A stretch of DNA of 64,000 nucleotides from a virus: positions 96,001 to 160,000 of the IMG/VR virus record IMGVR_UViG_3300027709_000056. One strand, 5' to 3'. This document shows positions 47,621 through 56,612 of the stretch, piece after piece. Numbering within the stretch: position 1 is the first letter of the stretch; each line of letters begins with the position of its first letter. The translations under genes were made by a program, and so were the position numbers. The notes beneath the pieces are model-generated. The model made no database searches. It saw only the letters and a list, made by a program, of their open reading frames with translations, and was not told the origin of the DNA.

Positions 47621-48131
47621 TCCTGTACCTTTCGAGGTCTTGTTGGAGCCTAAAGTACTGGAATTTTAATAGTGTGCTTGTTATTAAACCGGTAAGTGTA
47701 GTGTAAAGAGCAGTAGACATTCCTACTGCCATGTTTGCCAGTGCTTGTTGAACTGATGATACATCTGATATATTGATTCCATGAAATGCTCCTGCTAACA
47801 TCAATATGAAACCAGCAACAGTACCAATTAGCCCCATTGTTAATAAAACATCCGAAGCGAACCATCCTGTTTCGTGTCGAATGTCTACGTTTTTAATTTC
47901 GTCTAATTCTTTATTTGCTAGTTTACTTAACAACCAGGATTCATAACCGCAATGAACTGTCATACCATAGAAGATGGCCAAGATGAAAAACGATAGTTTC
48001 GTTTTATCTTGTATCCAAAGAGTAGTGTGTACGTCGAATAAAAATAGCCCTATAGTCGCAACTATTAATAAACTGAAGAACCACCACCACTTCAAGAAGA
48101 TAGTGTGTTTCCTAATAGTCGATATGTCCAT
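47601..48131 (-). CDS. MotA/TolQ/ExbB proton-channel family protein
   Basis: TMGLIGTVAGF and GMSTALYTTLTGL signature helices; four TMs. Confidence 0.85.
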   Translation of the reverse strand: MDISTIRKHTIFLKWWWFFSLLIVATIGLFLFDVHTTLWIQDKTKLSFFILAIFYGMTVHCGYESWLLSKLANKELDEIKNVDIRHETGWFASDVLLTMGLIGTVAGFILMLAGAFHGINISDVSSVQQALANMAVGMSTALYTTLTGLITSTLLKFQYFRLQQDLERYRNEISST

Positions 48132-48139
48132 GACAATAG

Positions 48140-48146
48140 TATTTAG
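48140..48146 (-). promoter_or_regulatory. Late-type promoter CTAAATA
   Basis: Minus-strand CTAAATAC 8 nt upstream of ATG at 48131, downstream of a terminator. Confidence 0.5.
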
Positions 48147-48175
48147 TTTTTTTTATTCCGGGTGGTCTTATTAAG

Positions 48176-48203
48176 AAAAAAATAGGCATAAGATATGCCT
48201 ATT
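48176..48203 (-). terminator. Intrinsic terminator after spanin genes
   Basis: Perfect 10-bp stem AATAGGCATA/TATGCCTATT, 3-nt loop, U-tract on minus strand. Confidence 0.8.
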
Positions 48204-48217
48204 AAGTATATAGATAA

Positions 48218-48604
48218 TTATTTTTTATTTTTATCGTCTTCGGATTCGTAATATTCTTTGTACTGATTAATTATTTCTCTTTGTTTAATAATATATGCTC
48301 TTATTTGTGCAAAATTTATACTAAGAGTTTCATAACCTTCATCTGTGAGTCCGAACAGAACTGGATCGTGACCAGATTGTTTAACCTTTTCAAGAACTTC
48401 TGAAGCATTTTCTGAATTAATTATATACCACTTTAAATCCTCTACTTTAAGCGGATCAGGAAGTTCTAGGTTGAGCGGTTGACGTTCAACTTCTGTTTTA
48501 AAAATGTCCAGCTTTTTTACGGTACTACAACTAGTTGTAAGGAACGTAATTGGGATTAGCAATACTAGGACACTCAGGATTGATCTGAGACTTCTTCGTT
48601 GCAT
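48218..48604 (-). CDS. o-spanin (Rz1-like lipoprotein)
   Basis: Signal peptide with LTTSC lipobox-like site; Pro-rich; overlaps i-spanin 3' end. Confidence 0.7.
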   Translation of the reverse strand: MQRRSLRSILSVLVLLIPITFLTTSCSTVKKLDIFKTEVERQPLNLELPDPLKVEDLKWYIINSENASEVLEKVKQSGHDPVLFGLTDEGYETLSINFAQIRAYIIKQREIINQYKEYYESEDDKNKK

Positions 48605-49025
48605 TTTTCTCTTTCTCCGTTAAAGGTGAACCTGTAGCGATTTCAAAACATCTATTCGCATTTGCGGTACCTTTGTTAATGACTTTTTCCATAATTTTTG
48701 CTTTTTTAAGAGCAAGGGCGCCTACATCACGCTTTTTGCCTGATGCATTTACTTTATTAAATTTTTCTTCTGTATCTGCTAGTTCTTTAGCAAGTGTTAA
48801 GTTTGTTTCTTGTAATTTTTTACTAATTTCTTGTTGTTTTTTAAAATCAGCTTGTACTTGTTCTATAACAGCTCTTTGATCAGAAATGCTTTGTTCTAAT
48901 TTCATATTATTAGCTTCACTAACAGCCAGGTCAGCTTTAAGTGTTTTTACATACACATAAGCACCACCAATACCGCTGAGTATTGCTAATATTATTAAAA
49001 TTTTAACGGTACTAAATATTCCCAT
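48531..49025 (-). CDS. i-spanin (Rz-like)
   Basis: N-terminal TM then long coiled coil; start at TAATG overlap. Confidence 0.7.
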   Translation of the reverse strand: MGIFSTVKILIILAILSGIGGAYVYVKTLKADLAVSEANNMKLEQSISDQRAVIEQVQADFKKQQEISKKLQETNLTLAKELADTEEKFNKVNASGKKRDVGALALKKAKIMEKVINKGTANANRCFEIATGSPLTEKEKNATKKSQINPECPSIANPNYVPYN

Positions 49026-49246
49026 TAACAACTCTCCGCTAATTTAATTATATCATCTACAGTAACAAGATGTTCCATTTTATCTTCAGGCATAGTAATA
49101 CCTGCTTTTTCTTCTATGGCACAACAGATCTCAATCATATCCATATCGTCGCCATCTAAGTCGTCGATTATACTATGTTTAGGTTCTATTACTACATCTT
49201 GTCCAAAATGTTCGTGTAATGCTTCCATTACTTTTTCTTTAATCAT
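49025..49246 (-). CDS. Acyl-carrier-protein-like protein lacking the phosphopantetheine Ser
   Basis: 73 aa acidic; DLDGDDMDMIEI replaces DLGADSLDxVEL; EE..GITMPE...TVDDII ACP tail. Confidence 0.8.
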   Translation of the reverse strand: MIKEKVMEALHEHFGQDVVIEPKHSIIDDLDGDDMDMIEICCAIEEKAGITMPEDKMEHLVTVDDIIKLAESC

Positions 49247-49248
49247 TT

Positions 49249-49401
49249 TTACTCCATATCTACAGTAGCCTGGCCCCAGGCTGATTCTTCGTATCGGGCG
49301 TGGTAACAAACTATAATTTCTATTGGTTTATTATCGCCATCTTTAAATTCTTCAACTAATCTACCTTCGTGTTCACGTCCACAGTTTTGACACGTTCTCA
49401 T
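49249..49401 (-). CDS. Small CxxC zinc-binding-like protein (50 aa; not in ORF track)
   Basis: MRTCQNCGREHEG...VCYH...; ATGA overlap with endolysin stop. Confidence 0.65.
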   Translation of the reverse strand: MRTCQNCGREHEGRLVEEFKDGDNKPIEIIVCYHARYEESAWGQATVDME

Positions 49402-49922
49402 ATCATATTTAAGGCTATGTTCGATGTTTCGCTTACTCGTCTACTCCAGCCTCTTCCAAATGTTTCAAATGTGGATAAACTTTCGTAATATCCTTGCCTA
49501 GCATCTTGGTACTCACGGATTGCTATTTCTACACCGTTTGCTTCAACAAATTCGTTTACTTTACTAATTGTATTTGGGCCTATAGCCCCATCTACTCCTG
49601 CTCCGACTAGCTCTTGTAGGTATCTAGCGGCTCGTCCTGTGCCAGCGTTTACGCCAAAGTCGAATACGCACAGATCTAGACCGGCGGGCAAATCGTTTGC
49701 ATGAACTCTGCCCCAGTAGTTCTTTTCATAGATAGGAGCAACATCATCTTCAGTTAATGCTTTCATAGTGTCAGCATCAACTTCGTGTCCTACCCATTCT
49801 TCATAAGTCCGTTTAGTAACACCCATATTAGTGATACCACCCGGGTCTTTAGGATGATTAACGTAACCACCTTCATGGTCTAAGATTATCGAAAGTGCGT
49901 CTCTGTAATTCTCTCTCGCCAT
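49398..49922 (-). CDS. Endolysin, glycoside hydrolase family 108 with PG-binding domain
   Basis: HEGGYVNHPKDPGGITNMGVT, FDFGVNAG, FGRGWSRR. Confidence 0.92.
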   Translation of the reverse strand: MARENYRDALSIILDHEGGYVNHPKDPGGITNMGVTKRTYEEWVGHEVDADTMKALTEDDVAPIYEKNYWGRVHANDLPAGLDLCVFDFGVNAGTGRAARYLQELVGAGVDGAIGPNTISKVNEFVEANGVEIAIREYQDARQGYYESLSTFETFGRGWSRRVSETSNIALNMI

Positions 49923-49931
49923 TTTAATCCT

Positions 49932-50645
49932 TTACTGTTTTGATAATACTAATGTGTAACCTGTGTTTTCAATTAAATACTTGTCACCATATTTTGCAAT
50001 ATCATAATCTCCTAAATATTTAGTAAGGAAAATAATCTCTGCAAAAGAATTGGCGTCATATGATTCAGTAATTTTATTAAACATATCTGTTGATTTACCA
50101 AAATCATTAACTTTAAATCTTATTGGTTCTGCGTACTGTTTTTTAAATGTGAGGTTGTCTTGCAATAATTCAATGCTGTCTACATAGCTTTTTTTGAAAA
50201 AGTTTTTATAGTTGTTTAAGTTATTTTCGTTAACTCTAATTTCATACCCTTCAACATCTAAAGGTACTGTTTCAGCTATGTTTATTTCATCAGCTTTTAA
50301 GCTATCAAAACTTTTGTAGTATCTAAATTTAAGGTCATCTAAATCGGCTAGTTTTTGTACACCATCAACTATTTCAGTAATTTGTGATGGAATATCTCTT
50401 CCACGTTCTAGTTCAACAAAAACTTTATATGTTCCGTCAGGTTGTTCACCTGATGTTACATCTGAATCTAATACAAATGGATAACCTTTTTCTAGAAAGT
50501 TCATTAAGTCTTTTGCTGGCTCTTGTGCCGCAACAGAAAAACTTAATACAACAATATCTTTATCTTCACCCATTTTTGATTTAAATGAGTCAATTTCAAA
50601 AATATCATAAACTAAATTTCTAAGATCTTTTGCTTGTAAACCCAT
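49932..50645 (-). CDS. Hypothetical protein
   Basis: 237-aa ORF, TAATG coupling. Confidence 0.75.
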   Translation of the reverse strand: MGLQAKDLRNLVYDIFEIDSFKSKMGEDKDIVVLSFSVAAQEPAKDLMNFLEKGYPFVLDSDVTSGEQPDGTYKVFVELERGRDIPSQITEIVDGVQKLADLDDLKFRYYKSFDSLKADEINIAETVPLDVEGYEIRVNENNLNNYKNFFKKSYVDSIELLQDNLTFKKQYAEPIRFKVNDFGKSTDMFNKITESYDANSFAEIIFLTKYLGDYDIAKYGDKYLIENTGYTLVLSKQ

Positions 50646-51199
50646 TATACTTCGCCTTCAACTGGTACTGGAGCCGCCCCTAGTTCTGCGCCTGGCTCTG
50701 CTACTACTTCATCAGCTGGTTGCATTTCTTGGTCTACTGCTGGTGCAACATCTGTAGCTGGTTCTGAAACCATATCTAATTGTTCTCTATATCCGCTATA
50801 AATGTTAATAATTAATTCTTTAGGCATTTGGATTTTAACTACCCAAACAGGATGTCTATCTAATTTGCCTTTTTTAGTACCTGGACGCATATCGCCAGGC
50901 TCTAGTATTTTACGTGGTTTAAGTACTGCTGTTTTTTCGTAACTAACTTTGCAGTCGTAATCTATTAGGCGTTTTCCACCCATAGGATCTGGCATTTTAT
51001 CTTTAGGCCACATAAATTCGCACGTTACCCAATGCTTTTCTATGTTTGGGCCTGATGCTAATTCACCATCTTCCCAATTTTCGTATACGTAAATATCAAG
51101 CTCATCTAAGACTCGTTCAAAGTCTTTTAGAACGCTAAAAGCGGTATCGCTTTCGTAGATACTTTCGATGTTTTTAACAATGTCCATTACGTCGTGCAT
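50645..51199 (-). CDS. Hypothetical protein (start re-assigned to MHDVMD)
   Basis: SD AGGAG 10 nt upstream; CTAAATA motif at 51222-51228. Confidence 0.75.
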   Translation of the reverse strand: MHDVMDIVKNIESIYESDTAFSVLKDFERVLDELDIYVYENWEDGELASGPNIEKHWVTCEFMWPKDKMPDPMGGKRLIDYDCKVSYEKTAVLKPRKILEPGDMRPGTKKGKLDRHPVWVVKIQMPKELIINIYSGYREQLDMVSEPATDVAPAVDQEMQPADEVVAEPGAELGAAPVPVEGEV

Positions 51200-51275
51200 A
51201 GATCTAAGACTCCTGTACACTTATTTAGCTATTCTGCATTCATATAGTAGCAGTTTAGTTTTTCCCCGTACTCAG

Positions 51276-51282
51276 TAAATAC
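51276..51282 (+). promoter_or_regulatory. Late-type promoter TAAATAC upstream of phoH
   Basis: Motif match in the divergent intergenic region. Confidence 0.5.
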
Positions 51283-51364
51283 TTATGTAGAGGCAACTTT
51301 GTTGTGTTTACGGCACAATAAGTTGTTCTTTATAGTCTTAAATTGACTCATAAAGGAGGACTGC

Positions 51365-52075
51365 ATGAGTAATAAACGAGCCAAACGGCATCTTCAAAAT
51401 ACGAGTAATATTATTAACTTTCAATCACATAGAAAAGACATTAAAATACTTCCCCGAAACAGAAACCAAGAATCTTATATGCTAAAACTAATGGATCCGC
51501 AGAAAGACATAGTCTTCGGAATTGGTCCTGCAGGAACTGGTAAAACGCTTTTAGCGGTACAGGTGGCAGTTAAGCTGTTTCAAGGTGGTATTGTGGATAG
51601 AATTGTGGTTACTAGACCGGCGGTAAGCGTCGACGAAGATTTAGGATTTTTACCTGGAACATTGGAGCAAAAGATGGCTCCATGGACAATGCCAATTTTT
51701 GATGTATTTAAAGAACATTATACCCAACACCAAATTCAAGGTATGATTAATGAAAATATTATCGAGATTGCACCATTGGCCTATATGCGAGGTAGAACTT
51801 TTAAAAATGCTTTCATAATTGCAGATGAAATGCAAAATGCTACTACAGGTCAAATGAAGATGTTATTAACACGGTTAGGAACAAAATCACAAATGGTAGT
51901 TACTGGTGATTTGCGTCAAGCAGATAGAATGTCTAGTAACGGACTATTAGATTTTATAAAACAATTAGAACGATTTAATAAAACTAGGCATATTGATGTT
52001 GTACGTTTCCATCAAGGAGATATTGAACGTCATAATGCTGTACGAGAAGTTCTACAAGTTTACGGAGATGAGTAA
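51365..52075 (+). CDS. phoH: PhoH family ATPase
   Basis: GPAGTGKT, VTRPAV, LGFLPG, AYMRGRT, ADEMQN, GDLRQ; SD AAGGAGG. Confidence 0.95.
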   Translation: MSNKRAKRHLQNTSNIINFQSHRKDIKILPRNRNQESYMLKLMDPQKDIVFGIGPAGTGKTLLAVQVAVKLFQGGIVDRIVVTRPAVSVDEDLGFLPGTLEQKMAPWTMPIFDVFKEHYTQHQIQGMINENIIEIAPLAYMRGRTFKNAFIIADEMQNATTGQMKMLLTRLGTKSQMVVTGDLRQADRMSSNGLLDFIKQLERFNKTRHIDVVRFHQGDIERHNAVREVLQVYGDE

Positions 52076-52088
52076 TAATAAATAAAGA

Positions 52089-52172
52089 ATGAATTGGGTA
52101 TTTCAAATAAGTCAATTACTATTAGGAATTATAATCATTAGCGGATTTATAGCACTAATTTATTACGTCTAA
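52089..52172 (+). CDS. Possible 27-aa single-TM peptide
   Basis: MNWVFQISQLLLGIIIISGFIALIYYV fills gap after phoH; weak SD. Confidence 0.35.
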   Translation: MNWVFQISQLLLGIIIISGFIALIYYV

Positions 52173-52918
52173 TCAGTATCGCCTGGCAGGTGTGTATCGT
52201 GGGCATCTACGACATAATCCTTTTTCTCGTGTTGCCAACGAGTCCATCCGGCAAATATGATATTTTTTAATCCTATAATAGCATTGTGTCGGTCCACTGT
52301 TGATTTACGCATATCACCAGTTCTTGCGATAATTTTTTCTCTTTTAATAGGAATTATTTGACATAAGGGTTCGCCCATTTTAATAGTAGTAGGTTTAATT
52401 TCTTTTAACATTATATTAATTGGACTCATTAATGCACCGATGTCGTGATCAATGATACCTGGTATAACGTCATAGTTTTTATTTTCAAAATACCACATTG
52501 GTTGGTAAAGTAAACTCCATCCTGGAGCCGCATACATTTTCCACGGATTATCTAATTTTACTGCACATCTTACTTTATATTGTGGTAGTATATCATCATT
52601 AAGTTGATCAGCTGGATGCCAAGCATGATTGTATGTAGGATCAGAATATCGTCCCTCACAAGTTAATCCATCTGGACTAGGATTAAGCTCTATATCACAC
52701 CAAGCAGGTATAATATACCCTGTTGACATATAGTCACCAATTCCTGGACAGGCTTTTACAGTCTTATCGCTATCGATTGGGTACGGACATTTTTTAGTAT
52801 AAACTTGTTGGTTAGCCCAAGATGGCGGTACAAAGTCTTTAGCAGGGCGTATAGGTGCGTGTTTTCTGACAGCCCAACGTTCAGTTTCAAAATAAAAATG
52901 TGGTTTTTCTTTAGTCAT
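52169..52918 (-). CDS. Hypothetical protein
   Basis: 249 aa; KACPG...GYIIPAW and GEPLCQIIPIKR motifs, beta-rich. Confidence 0.7.
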   Translation of the reverse strand: MTKEKPHFYFETERWAVRKHAPIRPAKDFVPPSWANQQVYTKKCPYPIDSDKTVKACPGIGDYMSTGYIIPAWCDIELNPSPDGLTCEGRYSDPTYNHAWHPADQLNDDILPQYKVRCAVKLDNPWKMYAAPGWSLLYQPMWYFENKNYDVIPGIIDHDIGALMSPINIMLKEIKPTTIKMGEPLCQIIPIKREKIIARTGDMRKSTVDRHNAIIGLKNIIFAGWTRWQHEKKDYVVDAHDTHLPGDTD

Positions 52919-53579
52919 TTAATTCGTTTATTATAGGAAAAATTCCTGCAATTACTTTGGCACAAGCATGAGCAATATCCATATGTTCTTTTTGTGTACC
53001 ATGCCCGCCACGTAATTCAATATAATGAACCCACGAACGAAGTGTGCCATTCATATATAGTCGTGTTTTAGTTAGTCCTTCAGGCAATACGGCTCTTGCT
53101 TGTTCTTTAGCAATACCCTGGTCTAATGCCCAGTTGTATGCTTCTTTACATTGTTCAATTATTCCTTTTTGTCTGGCTCCCCAAGCTATTTGTAATGCAT
53201 CATCATTAGCTTCTATAGAGTTTTGTCTATTTTTTGGATCTTGTAAACGTGCTTCTCTAAAAGTAAATGCTTCTTTCATATCTTGTGGGTCTGCATAACG
53301 TTGACTAAATTCTTGAAAGGAAAATGATCTGTGTCTTACTATTTGGTGGGCTATATCTCTTGTAGTATTAATTTCAAGACAGGCACTAACCATCTCTAAT
53401 GGTGACCAATGTTTGTGCTTAATCAAATACTTAATAAGTTTTGCACTTGTTTCAGTATTCATTTGATTAGCAGGATTACTAACCCTAGCACAAAAGGCGA
53501 TTAAGTCTTGTGCGTCTTCTAATCCTTCTTCTAAAAAATCATCTGATGGTTTCGAGTACGAAACTAATTTTACACTCAT
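52911..53579 (-). CDS. thyX: FAD-dependent thymidylate synthase
   Basis: HWSPLE, RHRSFSFQEFSQRY, EQARAVLP. Confidence 0.95.
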   Translation of the reverse strand: MSVKLVSYSKPSDDFLEEGLEDAQDLIAFCARVSNPANQMNTETSAKLIKYLIKHKHWSPLEMVSACLEINTTRDIAHQIVRHRSFSFQEFSQRYADPQDMKEAFTFREARLQDPKNRQNSIEANDDALQIAWGARQKGIIEQCKEAYNWALDQGIAKEQARAVLPEGLTKTRLYMNGTLRSWVHYIELRGGHGTQKEHMDIAHACAKVIAGIFPIINELND

Positions 53580-53893
53580 CCTGTCCTCAAAATAATATGT
53601 ACACCAAATGGTGTAATACAAGGAGGGCCTATGTCATCTTTTTGGATATTTTTACAGGCCGCTGAAAATTCTATTACCATAGACTCTTCTTCAAACCAAC
53701 CAAGGTCGCCTCCTCGTTCTTTACTTGGACAAGCACTATTTTCTCTTGCCGCTTGTTCAAAAGATAATCCGCCACTTTTTATTTCGCTTATTAATTGTTC
53801 AGCTACATTCATTGCTAAAGCAATTCCGCGAGTATGTGTAGGAGGATTTGCATCTTTATGACTTAATAAAATGTGTGATGCTTTTAATCTCAT
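53576..53893 (-). CDS. ppiC: Parvulin-type peptidyl-prolyl isomerase
   Basis: ASHILL, SACPS..RGGDLGWF, TPFGVHII. Confidence 0.9.
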   Translation of the reverse strand: MRLKASHILLSHKDANPPTHTRGIALAMNVAEQLISEIKSGGLSFEQAARENSACPSKERGGDLGWFEEESMVIEFSAACKNIQKDDIGPPCITPFGVHIILRTG

Positions 53894-53895
53894 AT

Positions 53896-54237
53896 TTAAT
53901 CTCCTTTACCTGGAGCCTCACTAAAATGTTCCATTTTTCCTTTTACGCCTTCCCACTCTTTAACATCAGCGGGTACGTCTTCTTCACGTTTTCTAGAAAT
54001 GTTTGGCCATATACTAGCATACTTTTCGTTTAATATTAACCATTCACCACTATCGTCCATGTTATCCGAAATTATTGCTTCTACAGGACACTCTGGTTCA
54101 CATACACCACAATCTATACATTCGTCTGGATGTATGACCAGCATATTTTCGCCTTCGTAAAAACAATCGACTGGACAAACGTCAACACAATCCATATGCT
54201 TACATTTGATACAGTCCTCATTTACAAGGTATGTCAT
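53896..54237 (-). CDS. fdxA: 7Fe-type ferredoxin (FdxA family)
   Basis: [43 protein letters not shown]. Confidence 0.92.
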   Translation of the reverse strand: MTYLVNEDCIKCKHMDCVDVCPVDCFYEGENMLVIHPDECIDCGVCEPECPVEAIISDNMDDSGEWLILNEKYASIWPNISRKREEDVPADVKEWEGVKGKMEHFSEAPGKGD

Positions 54238-54280
54238 TTTTGCTACTCAGTTCCTTTTTTATTAACTACTAATAAGCTAT

Positions 54281-54883
54281 TTAACTGGCTGACAAACTCT
54301 CTTGGATCCATGTGGTTAAGATATACTTGGTTGTCTTACCAATTGGTGGATTACCTCTATGCGTATGGGACCAATCAGCTGGCCATACTAGGACTCTATT
54401 TTTCTTAGGTGCAAATCTTTTATTTTGATATAAAAATTCTGTTTCACCTGCTTCGTCGATATCATTTAAATACATTTGTATTACAACTTTTCTAGCAGGT
54501 TGATCTTTTCCAGATTCATAATGCCAATCATGAAATCCACCGCCTGGCTTAATACGTTTCATTTTTAGTCCATCAGCTTCCATACGTGCATTTTTTAATA
54601 TGCTAAATTTATTTGTGTATATAGGCCAAATATCTTCCCAGACCATTTTGAAAAAATCTTGTAAAAATATTCCATGAACTCGATGTATCATGTGTTGTTC
54701 TATAAACTGGACTTCACCCATATCTCGTTCGTGTGCTGGAATATAATCTTTAGTAGCTTGTATGAATCCTGTGTTATCTAGTTCTTCAAAATATTTTATA
54801 ATATCTGTTATATAATTATCAGGAAGTACATTATCAAAAATTCCTATAAAACCCTCAATTGAATGTGTAAAGTTTTTATCCAT
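54281..54883 (-). CDS. 2OG-Fe(II) oxygenase
   Basis: FHDWHYE, MYLND..EAGETEF, WSHTHRG..K. Confidence 0.85.
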   Translation of the reverse strand: MDKNFTHSIEGFIGIFDNVLPDNYITDIIKYFEELDNTGFIQATKDYIPAHERDMGEVQFIEQHMIHRVHGIFLQDFFKMVWEDIWPIYTNKFSILKNARMEADGLKMKRIKPGGGFHDWHYESGKDQPARKVVIQMYLNDIDEAGETEFLYQNKRFAPKKNRVLVWPADWSHTHRGNPPIGKTTKYILTTWIQESLSAS

Positions 54884-55796
54884 TTAAATTATTTAATTTT
54901 ATCATTGTTGCGGCCAAGTTAATTTCTGGATCTACAACTAAAGTATGATCAACTAATCCTTGTTTAATTATAATAACAGCTTGGTCTTGTTTTTCTACAT
55001 CTCCAAACAATTCTATGTTGTCATAAAGCCAACGATATACATCTTCCATTTCTTCTGCTTTTGCAGAACTACAAACTAACTTTCTTGCTTCAGTTATTTT
55101 ACCTGCTTTAAATAACTCAACCATATCTAGTTTCCAATCAGCTTCTCCTTTATCCATTTCGTTTGGTTTAAGAAGAATACCTTCTTGGCTATTCATTTGT
55201 GCCATATTAATACATTTACGTAAGTCTGGATATGTTGCTTTTACATAAGTGTCAAGTGTATCTATATCTGGAGTAACACCTTCTGTAATAAGAATTTCTG
55301 CTACACGAGCCGTAAACTCGTTTTGATCAATACGTGCAATATGAAAGCCTTGACATCTGCTATGAATTGCTGGAATAACTCTGTTAGGATAATTACACGT
55401 TAAAATAAAACGTGATGTTAAATGATATTCTTCCATTACGCCACGTAATGCCGCTTGTGCGTTTGGACTTAAATAATCTGCTTCATCTAGTAATACAACT
55501 TTAAAATCACCAAACGGTATCATCTGCACAAAGTTAATAATTTTATCTCGTACATCATCAACACTATTAGTTCTACTTGCATTTATTTCAAGTATATCAT
55601 AGTCGTTGACTTCTAATTCATTAAAAAGAATTTTTGCAAGAGTTGTTTTACCGATACCAGCATTACCACTAAAAAGTAAATGCGGAATTGATTTCTCTTT
55701 AATCCAGTTTTTTACTTGTGCTTTTTGGTGTTCATCTCTAAACACATAACCATCTATAGTTTTTGGTCTATATTTTTCTACCCAAAGTTCTTTCAT
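54876..55796 (-). CDS. Clamp loader subunit (RFC small/gp44-like)
   Basis: WVEKYRP, GNAGIGKT, LLDEAD, SRC; start re-assigned to MKELW. Confidence 0.93.
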   Translation of the reverse strand: MKELWVEKYRPKTIDGYVFRDEHQKAQVKNWIKEKSIPHLLFSGNAGIGKTTLAKILFNELEVNDYDILEINASRTNSVDDVRDKIINFVQMIPFGDFKVVLLDEADYLSPNAQAALRGVMEEYHLTSRFILTCNYPNRVIPAIHSRCQGFHIARIDQNEFTARVAEILITEGVTPDIDTLDTYVKATYPDLRKCINMAQMNSQEGILLKPNEMDKGEADWKLDMVELFKAGKITEARKLVCSSAKAEEMEDVYRWLYDNIELFGDVEKQDQAVIIIKQGLVDHTLVVDPEINLAATMIKLNNLNG

Positions 55797-55954
55797 TTGC
55801 CTCGATTCTCCTGTCCAGCCGCAACCAAAATTATAAACACATATAAAATTGGCCAAGCCCAGCCTATTAAATGTCCTGTAATATGTAAAACCATTAGTGC
55901 AATACCTGTTGCCCCAGCAGTTCCTATACTAAATCTTTGACTCGGTAATTGCAT
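55793..55954 (-). CDS. Small two-TM membrane protein (53 aa; not in ORF track)
   Basis: MQLPSQRFSIGTAGATGIALMVLHITGHLIGWAWPILYVFIILVAAGQENRGK; ATGA overlap with clamp loader. Confidence 0.65.
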   Translation of the reverse strand: MQLPSQRFSIGTAGATGIALMVLHITGHLIGWAWPILYVFIILVAAGQENRGK

Positions 55955-55975
55955 AAAGTTTCCTCAGTTTATAGT

Positions 55976-56004
55976 ATTATAAACTAAAATTAGATGTGTG
56001 TCAA
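55976..56004 (-). promoter_or_regulatory. sigma70-type promoter
   Basis: TTGACA-17 nt-TATAAT. Confidence 0.85.
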
Positions 56005-56012
56005 GTATTAAT

Positions 56013-56612
56013 TTAAGATTGTATTGGTAATCCGTTAAAAATAAAGCCAATTGTACATCTTGGACTTATTTCTTTTGGCGGCAATCCTTCGTGTAGATAA
56101 CTGCTTGGAAATATAATGCAACGGCCTTTTTTGAAATCAACTTCATGAAACATTTCGTCTTTATTCCAAAATCGTGTACCTGTATCACCTTGTACATAAT
56201 ATACCATTGTGTGTGACGGTAACCAATTTGGATCGTTTTCAATAAGTTCACTATCGTCAGGTGCGTCAGTATGCTTTCCACCAAAATGTTCTTCTGTAGT
56301 TAAATTGATTTGTGCTTGATTTAATTGTAAGTTTTCTGGAATATTTTTAAAAATATCTGTTTTAGTATGATGTATAATTGACCACATTGTTTTAAGTTCC
56401 CAAGGCATATCAGCTAGAAAATTAGTATGACTAACTTCAAGTCCGTGTTGAACTTCACGTGTCCATTGTTCACTAAATGTTTTGTATCCTTCGTCGTATC
56501 CTAATCCCCTATGTCCAAATCGTAATGGAAGATGGGGAATGACTGCTTCTATTTGTTCTTGTAAGTACATAGGTATTAGATCATCAAAAACTAAAATATT
56601 ATTTTTGTTCAT
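56013..56612 (-). CDS. 2OG-Fe(II) oxygenase (short paralogue)
   Basis: HTD ... IFPSSYLHEG ... R. Confidence 0.8.
   Translation of the reverse strand: MNKNNILVFDDLIPMYLQEQIEAVIPHLPLRFGHRGLGYDEGYKTFSEQWTREVQHGLEVSHTNFLADMPWELKTMWSIIHHTKTDIFKNIPENLQLNQAQINLTTEEHFGGKHTDAPDDSELIENDPNWLPSHTMVYYVQGDTGTRFWNKDEMFHEVDFKKGRCIIFPSSYLHEGLPPKEISPRCTIGFIFNGLPIQS

Noticed and set aside
46955-48131. Zorya (ZorAB) anti-phage system
   Set aside because: The A subunit is only 176 aa with no long cytoplasmic tail, the B subunit has no OmpA-like PG-binding domain, and no ZorC/D/E is nearby; only the shared stator ancestry is supported
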